From contig DASSXV010000011.1 in the NCBI GenBank assembly GCA_035703635.1, positions 1-37,140 on the forward strand: DNA of 37,140 bases. Direction: 5' to 3'. The DNA is from Trueperaceae bacterium. GTDB lineage: Bacteria; Deinococcota; Deinococci; Deinococcales; Trueperaceae. Position 1 is the first letter of the stretch. The number at the start of each line of letters is the position of its first letter. Made by a program: the position numbers and the translations under genes. This document shows, piece by piece, positions 6,718 to 16,013 of this stretch. A model generated the notes under the pieces. That model made no database searches. It had not been told where the DNA came from and worked only from the letters and a program-made list of their open reading frames with translations.

Positions 6718-8616
6718 TCACGCCTGCTTGATCCCCGCGACGTAGGCCTCACCGGTCGGCACGTCGAAGGCCACGAAGCGAACGCGGTCGATCCCGCCAC
6801 GGGTGAGAGCCGCCCGCGCAGCTTCAACGGCGATGCCGACCGCAACACCTACGGGGAAGCGGTAGGCGCCAGTGCCGATCGCAGGTACGGCGATGCTTCT
6901 CACCCCAAGGTTCTCTGCGAGGGCGTAGACGGCCGCGTAGCAGCGCCGTAGCGTCTCCTCCTCTCCGGCACCGCCGCCAGCCCACGGCTGCGCGGCGGTG
7001 TGGATCACGTAGCGGGCGGGAATGTCGTACGCGGGCGTGAATACGGCGTCGCCGAAGTCAATGGAGCCGATCTCGCGCATGGCGGCCACATGCCGCGGCC
7101 CACCAGCGCGGGCCAGCGCTCCGTCTACGCCGCTAACGCCGATCAACGAGCGGCTGGTGGAGTTGACGACGGCGTCGACAGGCTGCTGAGTGATGTCGCC
7201 AACCACCACCTGAATGCGTTGCGTTCCGTCAGGCAGCGCCACGTCGAGCAGGACGTCCGACCACTCCACCATGGCAGTCCCGTGACTGGCCCCGAACGCA
7301 TTGGCCTTACGCTTCCGCCACTCGCTCTCAGCAAGCTGCATGTGGGCAAGCTTTCCGTCGTCGATGCTCCTAAAAGTGCGGCGCGAGGCGGCCACAGCCT
7401 GCTTGGCCACCATGTAGTGGTCGCGTTGCGACAGGCGTTCCAGCAGGCTAGCGAGGTCCTCCTCCTCACGGTTACGAGCGTCCCCTTCAGGCAAGGCGGC
7501 CACGAGCGCGCTCAGTTCGCTCGCCAACTTCTCCGCCCCGAGCTGGTCGCCAGCGCGCGTGGCGTCAGCCAGCCGCCGCTTGACGGCAGCGACTTGGATG
7601 AGTGCGCGCGCCTGCAGGATGCGCTCGTCCAGTGGCGCGGCGTCCCAGTCGGCCGCGTCAAGCCACGGAAGCTCGAGGGTGGCGGTCTGCTCGTCACGTG
7701 CGTTGGAAAGTGCATCCTCCCAATGGAGGGTCAGCGCAACCGGGTTAGGGCCGGGCTCAACGCTGAGGGTTACGAAGTACTCGCCAGGCAGCCCTGCGAT
7801 CAGGTCGGGGAGCATCAGCCCGCTGGCGTCGGCGCCAAGGCCGGCCAGCCGCGCCCCGTCGCCGTCCGCGAAGCGCAGGCTCGCTCCAGCGACGGGCGCC
7901 ACCGCGAGGCGGACGCCGCGGCCCCTCAGTGAACTAAGGCCAGCTACCTCCTGCTCGAAGGCGCGCGCTACGACCTGGTCACCTTCTAGGAAGACATAGT
8001 TGCCGCGCCCGGCGTCGGCCATGGCCCGCAAGAGATCCTCGTCGTAGTCGCGGCCGAGGCCCATGGCCGTGGTCGTTACGCCGTGGCCGGCGGCCGCAGC
8101 AACGTCGCGCGTTATCTGACCAGGGTCTGTGACGCCGGCATTGGCCATGCCGTCGGAGAGGAGTACCACACGTGCGAGCGCCTCGTCGTCAGTGCAGGCG
8201 AGCGCCTGCGTGAGCCCCTCGGCCCAGCCGCCGAACAGGTTGGTAGAGCCCCCTGGTTGGATGGCTGCGATGCTCTCCGCCAGCCGCCGCACGTCGTTGC
8301 CAACGCGCACTAGGGGCTGTACGACGTCCACGCCACTGTCGAAACTGACCACCGCCACCCGATCGCCGGGCACCAACATGCTGACCGCCAGCACCGCCGC
8401 GCGCTTGGCCGCCTCGAGCGGCGCGCCGCTCATGGAGCCGGAGCAGTCGATGACGAGCGCGAGGCTAAGGGGTTTACGGGCGACTTCGGTGGCCGGGTGA
8501 TCGACGGCGACGCTGACGAGCAGGTCTAGCTCGCCTCCTCTTAGCGGCAGGCCTGGCTTGGCTGGAACGACGGTCAGTTGCGGTCTTGGCAGGTTGGTGT
8601 GACTGCTGGCTGGCAT
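6718..8616 (-). CDS. VWA domain protein fused to a C-terminal macrodomain
   Basis: MIDAS DCSGS...T(GGSTNL)...D(LLSDG). Helical region follows. Macro motifs GDITQQPVDAVVN, ARYVIH, SIAVPAIGTGAYRFP. SD GAGGGGAG before ATG 8616. Confidence 0.9.
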   Translation of the reverse strand: MPASSHTNLPRPQLTVVPAKPGLPLRGGELDLLVSVAVDHPATEVARKPLSLALVIDCSGSMSGAPLEAAKRAAVLAVSMLVPGDRVAVVSFDSGVDVVQPLVRVGNDVRRLAESIAAIQPGGSTNLFGGWAEGLTQALACTDDEALARVVLLSDGMANAGVTDPGQITRDVAAAAGHGVTTTAMGLGRDYDEDLLRAMADAGRGNYVFLEGDQVVARAFEQEVAGLSSLRGRGVRLAVAPVAGASLRFADGDGARLAGLGADASGLMLPDLIAGLPGEYFVTLSVEPGPNPVALTLHWEDALSNARDEQTATLELPWLDAADWDAAPLDERILQARALIQVAAVKRRLADATRAGDQLGAEKLASELSALVAALPEGDARNREEEDLASLLERLSQRDHYMVAKQAVAASRRTFRSIDDGKLAHMQLAESEWRKRKANAFGASHGTAMVEWSDVLLDVALPDGTQRIQVVVGDITQQPVDAVVNSTSRSLIGVSGVDGALARAGGPRHVAAMREIGSIDFGDAVFTPAYDIPARYVIHTAAQPWAGGGAGEEETLRRCYAAVYALAENLGVRSIAVPAIGTGAYRFPVGVAVGIAVEAARAALTRGGIDRVRFVAFDVPTGEAYVAGIKQA

Positions 8617-8701
8617 GGCTTCTCCCCTCGATGCGCGCGGGTCATTGGGCCCGCGCAGTGGTGTAGGGCCACGGCAAGCGGCCCCGTCTTCCCGACTTCG
8701 G

Positions 8702-9442
8702 CTACTTGCGCTTCTTGCGGACCTGCTCCACCTGCAGGAGGACGACCTTGAGGGCTTGGAGGAGCGCGTCGTCGCCCCAGAGCGTGGTGGGGAGCATGAA
8801 GTCGTCGCGAACTGAGAGCTCCAGGCCGTCGGCCACGTTGAAGCGCGTCCAACTAGTGGGGGGCTCCTGGCCAAGGAGCAGGGGTGCTTGATTCTGAACG
8901 GAGGCTGCGGGCGAGGGCGGCCGGGTGGTCACCTGATGGCCCTGTGGTGGCGCCTGCGGCGGTGGGCTGGCCGGAGCTGGAGCTTGCATGGAGCCGCCAA
9001 CGCCCGCTTCCTGCAAACCGGCGCGTGCGCGGACCGCGCTGAGGAACGCCGCCTTGGCGGCGCCGTCAGGAGCGCTCGTACTACTCGGCACGAGTTGGAG
9101 TTGGACTTCGCCTTCTAGCAGCGCAGCAACTTGCTCCACGCTTTGCCCTGCGAGGGCGGCGCGGATGGCGCCGCTCCCGAACCCTTGGGCGAGGAGCTTA
9201 CGGACGACCAGCAGGGTGGTGAGGTGTTCGAACGTGTAGCGCGCCTCGCGCCCCTCGCGGTGAGCTTCCGGCAGGAGTCCCTCGGTGGTGTAGAAGCGCA
9301 CTAGCCGCGGGTTCACGTCCTCGGCGGCGCGGCCGGTGGCGTCCTTCGGGAGGTAAGTGGGCAGCAGCACGTTGGCTGCGGTAACGAGCTCGGCCAGCGA
9401 GTAGATGGCGTCGCGATGGCTGGCGAGCGGGTCGGGAAGCAT
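8702..9442 (-). CDS. MerR-like HTH protein with Pro/Gln-rich linker and small C-terminal beta domain
   Basis: YSLAEL...PRLVRFYTTEGLLP...EARYTFEHL...RKLLAQGFGSGAI; C-terminal WTRFNVADGLELSVRDD. ATG 9442 is 6 nt after TAATCT. Confidence 0.85.
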   Translation of the reverse strand: MLPDPLASHRDAIYSLAELVTAANVLLPTYLPKDATGRAAEDVNPRLVRFYTTEGLLPEAHREGREARYTFEHLTTLLVVRKLLAQGFGSGAIRAALAGQSVEQVAALLEGEVQLQLVPSSTSAPDGAAKAAFLSAVRARAGLQEAGVGGSMQAPAPASPPPQAPPQGHQVTTRPPSPAASVQNQAPLLLGQEPPTSWTRFNVADGLELSVRDDFMLPTTLWGDDALLQALKVVLLQVEQVRKKRK

Positions 9443-9448
9443 GCTCAC

Positions 9449-9504
9449 AGATTAAGACTTACAGCCTTCACTGTCAAGGTCAGTCATTACTGCAATCTAA
9501 TGAC
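9449..9504 (-). promoter_or_regulatory. Near-consensus sigma70 promoter plus inverted repeats upstream of the MerR-like gene
   Basis: On the minus strand: TTGACA (9477-9472), 17 nt, TAATCT (9454-9449). Perfect IR GTCATTA-N8-TAATGAC at 9483-9504; imperfect IR TTACAG-N6-CTGTCA at 9459-9476. Confidence 0.8.
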
Positions 9505-9602
9505 ACTAACCGACCTCCGCGTGGACCTCGCGGCACGGCAACGAGCCCGCTCCAGCTCACGGCGGATAACCAGCTATACGACCCGGAACACCGCGCTCGA
9601 CT

Positions 9603-10928
9603 TCACGCTTCCGACCGTAGCCTGCGAGCAACGGCCTGCCAGAGAAGCCCAACTCCAACCAAGCCAACCCCGAAATGCCAGATGCGGCGCTCCACGAAGA
9701 ACGCCAGCAGCAGGCAACTCACCAGGCCCGCCGCGGCTACCCACCGCGGGTAGTAACGCGCTTCAGACGGCAAGCGCAATGCTGCCAGGTTGGTGATGGC
9801 GTAATAGACCAGCACCGTGAACGCGCTGAAGCTCCAAGTAGTGCGTACGTTCCCGGTAGCAGCTAGGACCGCGATCACTACTCCGACGGCGATCACGGCC
9901 GCCGACGGCGTGCTTCCCGTCGGGTCGAGTCGCCCGAAGACCGCCGGCACGTCGCGCCTTCGCCCCATCGCAAGCAGAACCCGCGACAAGCCAAGGATGA
10001 GGTTCAGTAGCACCCCGACCATCGCCGTGATCGCCCCAATGGCAAGAACGTGCGGCGCCCAGCCGAAGCCGAAGTCGCGAGCGACATGTTCGAGCGGCGC
10101 GGCGCGGTTCCGCACGGCCGCCAGGACTGCCGCCCCAGCCTCCCCCACTCCGACCAACGAAACCAAGATGTAGACGACCGCGACAACGACGAGTGCGGCG
10201 ATGATGGCGCGCGGAATGGTCGTGCGCGGCTCACGCACTTCCTCACCGAGAGTGGCGATGCGGCCGTAGCCGGTGTAAGCCACGAACATCAGCGCGGATG
10301 CGTACAGCAGCGCAGATAGTGGGCCCCTGCCCTCCTCGGGCGCGAAGAAAGGCACGAAGTTCGTCAGCCCCTCGCGGACGGCTCCGGGCAGTCCGGCCAG
10401 CACGAAGAACGCCAGGCTCGCCAGGGTAACGCTCACGATGACGATGTTCGCGCGGTTCGAGCGCCGGATGCCAGCCAGCACCGTCAGGGTCAAGACGGCC
10501 ACTAGCGCCAGCGCCAGCGGCACAACCTCCCCGCCCTCTCTCCTACCAACTAACGCCAACGCGTAGCCGGCGAAACCCAAGGCGGCGGTCGCGGCCGAAG
10601 CGCTCTTCGCCAAGAGGAACAACCAGCCGGCCAAGAACCCGAACCACGAGTTCAGGTAGCGATAACCGTACTCATACGTGCCACCAGACACGGGGTGGTT
10701 AGCGGCTAGTTGCGCGCTCGACAAGCCGTTGAAAGTCGCAACCACCGCGCCGATGACAACGGCCAAAACCACCGACGGGCCGGTGATACCGGCGGCGATG
10801 CCGATGGAGACGAACACGCCAGTACCGATGATGCTCCCGAGGCCCATCATGACGGCGCCGAACGTGCCGACCTCGCGCCGGAGCTGCGCGCTTTCCGGCG
10901 GTGCCGCGCTACCGGGGTCAGGCCTCAT
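9603..10928 (-). CDS. APC-family amino acid permease
   Basis: LRREVG...GSIIGTGVF, PVSGGTYEY, FVAYTGY, EEVREPRTTIPRAI; about 12 hydrophobic segments. Confidence 0.92.
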   Translation of the reverse strand: MRPDPGSAAPPESAQLRREVGTFGAVMMGLGSIIGTGVFVSIGIAAGITGPSVVLAVVIGAVVATFNGLSSAQLAANHPVSGGTYEYGYRYLNSWFGFLAGWLFLLAKSASAATAALGFAGYALALVGRREGGEVVPLALALVAVLTLTVLAGIRRSNRANIVIVSVTLASLAFFVLAGLPGAVREGLTNFVPFFAPEEGRGPLSALLYASALMFVAYTGYGRIATLGEEVREPRTTIPRAIIAALVVVAVVYILVSLVGVGEAGAAVLAAVRNRAAPLEHVARDFGFGWAPHVLAIGAITAMVGVLLNLILGLSRVLLAMGRRRDVPAVFGRLDPTGSTPSAAVIAVGVVIAVLAATGNVRTTWSFSAFTVLVYYAITNLAALRLPSEARYYPRWVAAAGLVSCLLLAFFVERRIWHFGVGLVGVGLLWQAVARRLRSEA

Positions 10929-11097
10929 GGGTGCTCCCTAGGTCGTCGGCCTGGCCACAATTTCTCGTTAGGCACGGGTTGCGGTTCCCAACATCAGAGC
11001 CAACGATACTCGCCGTCGCAACCGCCGTCAGCACCTGGTGTCGCTACGGGACGCGCCAATGGCGGCACTCGTCGCCCGCGGCCCATTATCGTTACCC

Positions 11098-14000
11098 ATG
11101 CGCCAGCCCATCTCGCTACCGGACCTCTCGAAGTTCGCAGCGGTGCTTTTCGATCTCGACGGCGTCCTCACCCCCACCGCCGAGGTGCATATGCGCGCCT
11201 GGGAGGCGCTCTTCACGCCGTTCCTCCGCGACCGCCCTGGCGCCGCGCCGTACACGGTGAAGGACTACTACGACCACATCGACGGCAAGCAGCGCTTCGA
11301 GGGCGTCGAGCAGCTCCTGCACTCCCGCGGGCTTTCGCTACCGTTCGGAGCGCCAGATGACGCGCCGTCCGCGGCCACCATCTGCGGCCTCGGGAACCGT
11401 AAGAACCTCGAGTTTCAACGCATCCTCGTGGAGGAGGGCGTGGCGGCGTATCCGGGCTCGTTGGCGCTGCTCGACGCGTTGGCGGCACACGGCACTTCCG
11501 TTGCGGTCGTGTCTAGCTCGCGGAACGCCGCCAACGTGCTTGCCGCAGCGGATTTAACGGATCGCTTTCGCGTCGTGGTAGACGGCGTAAAGGCCGCCGC
11601 TGAAGGGCTCGCGAGCAAGCCGGAGCCGGCCACCTACCTGGCGGCCGCGCACATCCTAGGAGCCGACCCCGCCAAGACCGTCGTGATCGAGGACGCCATC
11701 GCGGGTGTCGCCGCAGGGCGCGCAGGCGGTTTCGGGTTGGTCGTCGGCGTCGACCGTGGCGCCGGTGCTAACGCGTTGTCGCTGGCGGGCGCGGACGTGG
11801 TCGTCGCCGACCTGGCGCCGCTAGCGGCCGCCGTGGCACTTCCACCACTCGACCGCCGCCGCTACCCAGTTGACGAGTGGCGCCTGGTGGAACTCGCGCG
11901 ACCGGCCGCAGCGCAACGCGGCCACTCCGAAACGCTTTTCGCCTTAGGTAACGGCTACCTCGGCCTACGCGGCAACGACGAGGAGGGCGGAGCCGCGTAC
12001 GAGCACGGCACGTACATCAACGGTTTTCACGAGACTTGGCCCATCGTCTACCCAGAGGCCGCTTACGGCTTCGCGACCGTCGGTCAGACCATCCTGAACC
12101 TCCCGGACGCCAAGACCATCCGCCTGCAAGTCGGTCCGCACACGCTCGACCTAGACAGCGCCGCGCTCGACGATTACCGGCGCACGCTCGACATGCGGAC
12201 TGGCGCTCTCGAGCGCCGGCTCGTCTGGCGCACGCCGGCTGGTGAACGTGTCGCCGTTTCCTCGCGCAGGCTCGTCAGTTTCAGCGACAAGCATCTGGCC
12301 GCGATGGAGTACAGCGTCACGTTGCTCGACGCCGACGCTAACCTGACGATCACGTCACTGCTGGTGGACCGCCAGGCGGAGGCGGCCGGGCTCGGCGCTG
12401 CGGGCTTCGACCCGCGCCGGGGGGAGGACATGCGTGGCGCGCTCATCCCGCAGCGCCACGGCCAGGATGGAGAGCGCACCTTCCTGGCTCACACGACGCG
12501 CCGCTCCGCCCTCGGTCTGGCGTCCATGGTCGACCAGCACGTAACGGGCGCCCCTCATGAGGCGCGCACCAGTACCTCGCCAACCTCAACCGCGGTGACT
12601 TACCAGGTAGCGGCGAAGCGCGGTGTCAGCGTCACGCTGCACAAGTTGGTGGCGTATCACGACGGCCGCGCCGACGAACTCCCAGCCCTCATCAAGGCGT
12701 GCCACGCGACCCTAGACGACGCACGCGCCGCCGGCCTCACCCAACTGTTCGCCACGCAGGCGTCATGGCTCGAGGAGTTCTGGTCAGCGGGAGACGTGAA
12801 AGTCGCGGGTCAGGCGGCCGTGCAGCAGGCGCTGCGTTGGAGCCTCTTCCAGGTGGCTCAGGCGACAGCGCGCGCAGATGGGCGGGGTGTCGCCGCGAAG
12901 GGCGTGAGCGGCAGCGGCTACTCTGGGCACTACTTCTGGGACACCGAGATCTACGTCCTCCCCTACCTGATCCACACGCGACCAGAGTTAGCGCGGGGAG
13001 CGCTGTCGTTCCGCCACGCCATGCTGCCTGCCGCGCGGCGCAGGGCGCGGGTCATGGACGAGGCGGGAGCGCTCTTCCCATGGCGCACCATCAACGGTGA
13101 GGAGGCGTCGGCTTACTACCCAGCAGGCACGGCGCAATACCACATCGATGCCGACGTCACCTACGCCGTAGCCAAGTACCTGGCGGCAACAGCTGACGAA
13201 GGCTTCGCCGCGGGCATAGGCGTCGACATCGCCGTCGAGACTGCGCGCATGTGGGCCAGCCTCGGCTACTTCAAGTCCACTTCGTTCCACATCGCAGCCG
13301 TAACTGGCCCTGACGAGTACAGCGCCGTCGTAGACGACAACTTCTACACCAACGTGGCTGCGCGCTTCAACTTGCGCTTCGCCGCCGACCTCTGTGAGGA
13401 CTTAGCCAGCCGCGACCCGCGCGCCTTCGAGGCCATCAAGTCGCGCCTCGACCTCTCCGCTAGCGAGCCGGCAGCCTGGCGGCGGGCAGCAGACGCGCTG
13501 CACATCGGCTTCGACCAGGAGCGCGGCGTGCACCTGCAAGACGCGCGCTTCATGGACCGCGAACCGTGGGACCTTGCGGCCACCCCGCCTGACCAACGCC
13601 CTCTGCTGCTGCACTACCACCCGCTCGTCATCTACCGCCATCAAGTCATCAAGCAGGCAGACCTCGTGTTGGCGCTTTACCTGTACGCCAGCGAGTTCAC
13701 GCTGGCGGAGAAGCGCGCAGACTTCGACTTCTACGATCCACTCACGACCGGCGATTCGACCCTCTCAGCCGCCGTGCAGTCCATCTTAGCGGCGGAGGTT
13801 GGTCACGCCGACTTGGCGATGGCCTATTTCGAGCGCATGCTCTACGTCGATCTCAGCGACAGCCACCACAACACTGCCGATGGCGTGCACATCGCCTCAG
13901 CAGGAGGCACGTGGCAGGCGGTCGTCGGCGGCTTCGCCGGCATGCGCGACGACGGAGGCGAGTTGCGCTTCGACCCCCGACTGCCAAGCGGCTGGGAGAC

Positions 14001-14163
14001 CCTAGAGTTCAAGTTGCGGTGGCGAGGTGCGCGGCTGTGGGTCAGGGTCGCTCACGACGCGTTGACCGTGGAGGAGGAAGGGTCAACTGGTCAGGACATC
14101 ACCTTCTGGGTGCGCGGCGTGGAGTTCCGCCTGGCTGGCGGTCTAGTTACCGTGCGCCTCTGA
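11098..14163 (+). CDS. HAD (beta-phosphoglucomutase-like) + glycoside hydrolase family 65 (phosphorylase) fusion
   Basis: HAD: FDLDGVL, SSS, KP, EDAIAG. GH65: ETLFALGNGYLGLRG, YSGHYFWDTE, GALFPWRTINGEE, TGPDEY, KQAD. Start ATG 11098 is inferred. Confidence 0.92.
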   Translation: MRQPISLPDLSKFAAVLFDLDGVLTPTAEVHMRAWEALFTPFLRDRPGAAPYTVKDYYDHIDGKQRFEGVEQLLHSRGLSLPFGAPDDAPSAATICGLGNRKNLEFQRILVEEGVAAYPGSLALLDALAAHGTSVAVVSSSRNAANVLAAADLTDRFRVVVDGVKAAAEGLASKPEPATYLAAAHILGADPAKTVVIEDAIAGVAAGRAGGFGLVVGVDRGAGANALSLAGADVVVADLAPLAAAVALPPLDRRRYPVDEWRLVELARPAAAQRGHSETLFALGNGYLGLRGNDEEGGAAYEHGTYINGFHETWPIVYPEAAYGFATVGQTILNLPDAKTIRLQVGPHTLDLDSAALDDYRRTLDMRTGALERRLVWRTPAGERVAVSSRRLVSFSDKHLAAMEYSVTLLDADANLTITSLLVDRQAEAAGLGAAGFDPRRGEDMRGALIPQRHGQDGERTFLAHTTRRSALGLASMVDQHVTGAPHEARTSTSPTSTAVTYQVAAKRGVSVTLHKLVAYHDGRADELPALIKACHATLDDARAAGLTQLFATQASWLEEFWSAGDVKVAGQAAVQQALRWSLFQVAQATARADGRGVAAKGVSGSGYSGHYFWDTEIYVLPYLIHTRPELARGALSFRHAMLPAARRRARVMDEAGALFPWRTINGEEASAYYPAGTAQYHIDADVTYAVAKYLAATADEGFAAGIGVDIAVETARMWASLGYFKSTSFHIAAVTGPDEYSAVVDDNFYTNVAARFNLRFAADLCEDLASRDPRAFEAIKSRLDLSASEPAAWRRAADALHIGFDQERGVHLQDARFMDREPWDLAATPPDQRPLLLHYHPLVIYRHQVIKQADLVLALYLYASEFTLAEKRADFDFYDPLTTGDSTLSAAVQSILAAEVGHADLAMAYFERMLYVDLSDSHHNTADGVHIASAGGTWQAVVGGFAGMRDDGGELRFDPRLPSGWETLEFKLRWRGARLWVRVAHDALTVEEEGSTGQDITFWVRGVEFRLAGGLVTVRL

Positions 14164-14180
14164 GTGACGACGACCCTGCT

Positions 14181-16013
14181 CTAACCCCGCGCCTCCCACG
14201 CCAGCGCTGCCGGGTCGTAAGCGGCGCTCTGATGCCGGAAGTAGGCGTCGTACAGCTCGGCGTAATGCCCACGCTGCTCGAGCAGCTGCGCGTGGGTGCC
14301 TTGCTCGACGATCGCGCCGTGCTGCAACACGAGAATGCGGTCCGCCGCCCGCACCGTCGACAGGCGGTGCGCGATGACGATGGACGTGCGTCCAGCGAGC
14401 ATCTCGTCCAGCCCCTCTTGGATCTGCGCCTCCGTGAGGGGGTCGACGCTGGCGGTGGCCTCGTCGAGGATCAGGATGCTGGGGTTCTGCAAAAGCACGC
14501 GCGCCATGGCCACGAGTTGCCGCTGACCCATCGATACGCCGCGGCCAGCCTCACCTACTTCCGTATCTAGGCCGTTCGGCAGGGCGTCAAGCCAGTCGCC
14601 GCCGCCGATGCGTCCAGCTACTGTCGCCACCTCGTCGTCGGTTGCAGCCTTGCGGGCGTACCTGATGTTGTCTCGCACGGTGCCAGAGAAGAGGAAAGGC
14701 GACTGCTGCACCACGCCGAGGTGGGCGCGGTACCAGTCGAGGTCCAACTCCCGGATGTCGTTCCCGTCGATCAGGAGACGCCCACTCTGGAACTCGTAGA
14801 AGCGCGCGACGAGCTTTCCCAGACTCGACTTGCCTGCACCCGTGTGGCCGACGAGGGCGACCGTCTCCCCCTCACTGATCTCGAGGTCGAAGTTGGCAAG
14901 CACCGTCTCCTGCGCCGTGTAGCGGAACCCTAGCGCCTCGAAGCGTATGTTGCCCTTCACTTCCGGCCGGAGCGCGCCGGTCTGCACGACGCGCGCCTCC
15001 GCGTCTATGAGGGCGAAAACCCGCTCGCTGGCGGATAGGCCCAGCTGGAACTGGCTCCAGAACGAGGCGATGGAGGTAAGCGGGAACCAGAACATGGCGA
15101 CGGCCTGGACGAACAGGAACCACTCGCCTGCGGAGATGTCGCCGCCGAGCGCGCGCGTGCCACCGAAGTAGATGATGAGCGCCGTGCCGATGCCGCCTAC
15201 GATGCCGAGCACCGGGAAGATGGCCGTGAAGATGTAGCCCTGCAGCAGGTTGAGGTGGTACGAGCGGTCGTTCACCCCTACGAACTGGCGGTAGATGGCC
15301 TCCTCTTGCCTGAACGCCTTCGCTACGCCGATGCCCGTGATCGACTCCTGCACGTTGGCGTTCACTTCGGCGAGGACGCGCCTGGCTTGCTGCGTGACTT
15401 GGCGTGCGATGTGCCTGAAGGCGAGGGCGATGGCCACCACGACTGGCGCGACGCCGAGCGCGATGAGGGCAAGCCTGACGTCGATGTAGAGGAGCACGCC
15501 GATGAGGATGGCGACTTGCAGTACCTGGCTGATGAGGTTGAGGGTGAGGGTGACGACGTTGGAGAAGTCCTGGGTGTCGGACGTGACGCGGCTGACGATC
15601 CGGCCCGTTGAGTACTCGTCGTAGAACGACATGTCGCGCTGCATCACGGCGTCGAACGCGTCGTTGCGGAGCTTCAGTACGACGTCGCCAACCGCGCGAG
15701 CAGTCAGCCATTGGCGTAGGAAGTTGAAGACCCACGAGAGCACGCCCGCGGCCAGGAAGGCGGCCACCAGCCAGAGCGTGCGTTGCCAGATCACGGCGCG
15801 CAGGTCGGTCACGCCCGTCAAGCGGTCGATGCCAACAGAAACGAGTATCGGGAGTACGGCGTCGAGCGTGGCGGCGAGGAACACGCTGACGCCCACCACC
15901 AGCATGATCGGCAGGTACGGCCTGAAGTATTGGAAGATGCGCCTGACTAGCTGGCCGTCGCTGTACTCGCGGTCGTAACCCTCGGCCTGCAGGCCGTCCA
16001 TGATGAAGCCCAT
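14181..16013 (-). CDS. ABC exporter half (TMD + NBD), heterodimer subunit 2
   Basis: Six-TM region, Walker A GHTGAGKS, signature VSMGQ, Walker B ILILDE, IAHR. Confidence 0.95.
   Translation of the reverse strand: MGFIMDGLQAEGYDREYSDGQLVRRIFQYFRPYLPIMLVVGVSVFLAATLDAVLPILVSVGIDRLTGVTDLRAVIWQRTLWLVAAFLAAGVLSWVFNFLRQWLTARAVGDVVLKLRNDAFDAVMQRDMSFYDEYSTGRIVSRVTSDTQDFSNVVTLTLNLISQVLQVAILIGVLLYIDVRLALIALGVAPVVVAIALAFRHIARQVTQQARRVLAEVNANVQESITGIGVAKAFRQEEAIYRQFVGVNDRSYHLNLLQGYIFTAIFPVLGIVGGIGTALIIYFGGTRALGGDISAGEWFLFVQAVAMFWFPLTSIASFWSQFQLGLSASERVFALIDAEARVVQTGALRPEVKGNIRFEALGFRYTAQETVLANFDLEISEGETVALVGHTGAGKSSLGKLVARFYEFQSGRLLIDGNDIRELDLDWYRAHLGVVQQSPFLFSGTVRDNIRYARKAATDDEVATVAGRIGGGDWLDALPNGLDTEVGEAGRGVSMGQRQLVAMARVLLQNPSILILDEATASVDPLTEAQIQEGLDEMLAGRTSIVIAHRLSTVRAADRILVLQHGAIVEQGTHAQLLEQRGHYAELYDAYFRHQSAAYDPAALAWEARG

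Noticed and set aside
8617-8874. N-terminal extension of VWA-Macro overlapping the MerR-like gene (possible frameshift fusion)
   Set aside because: The extension is a low-complexity Ser/Arg off-frame reading, no slippery site was seen, and a good SD precedes ATG 8616.
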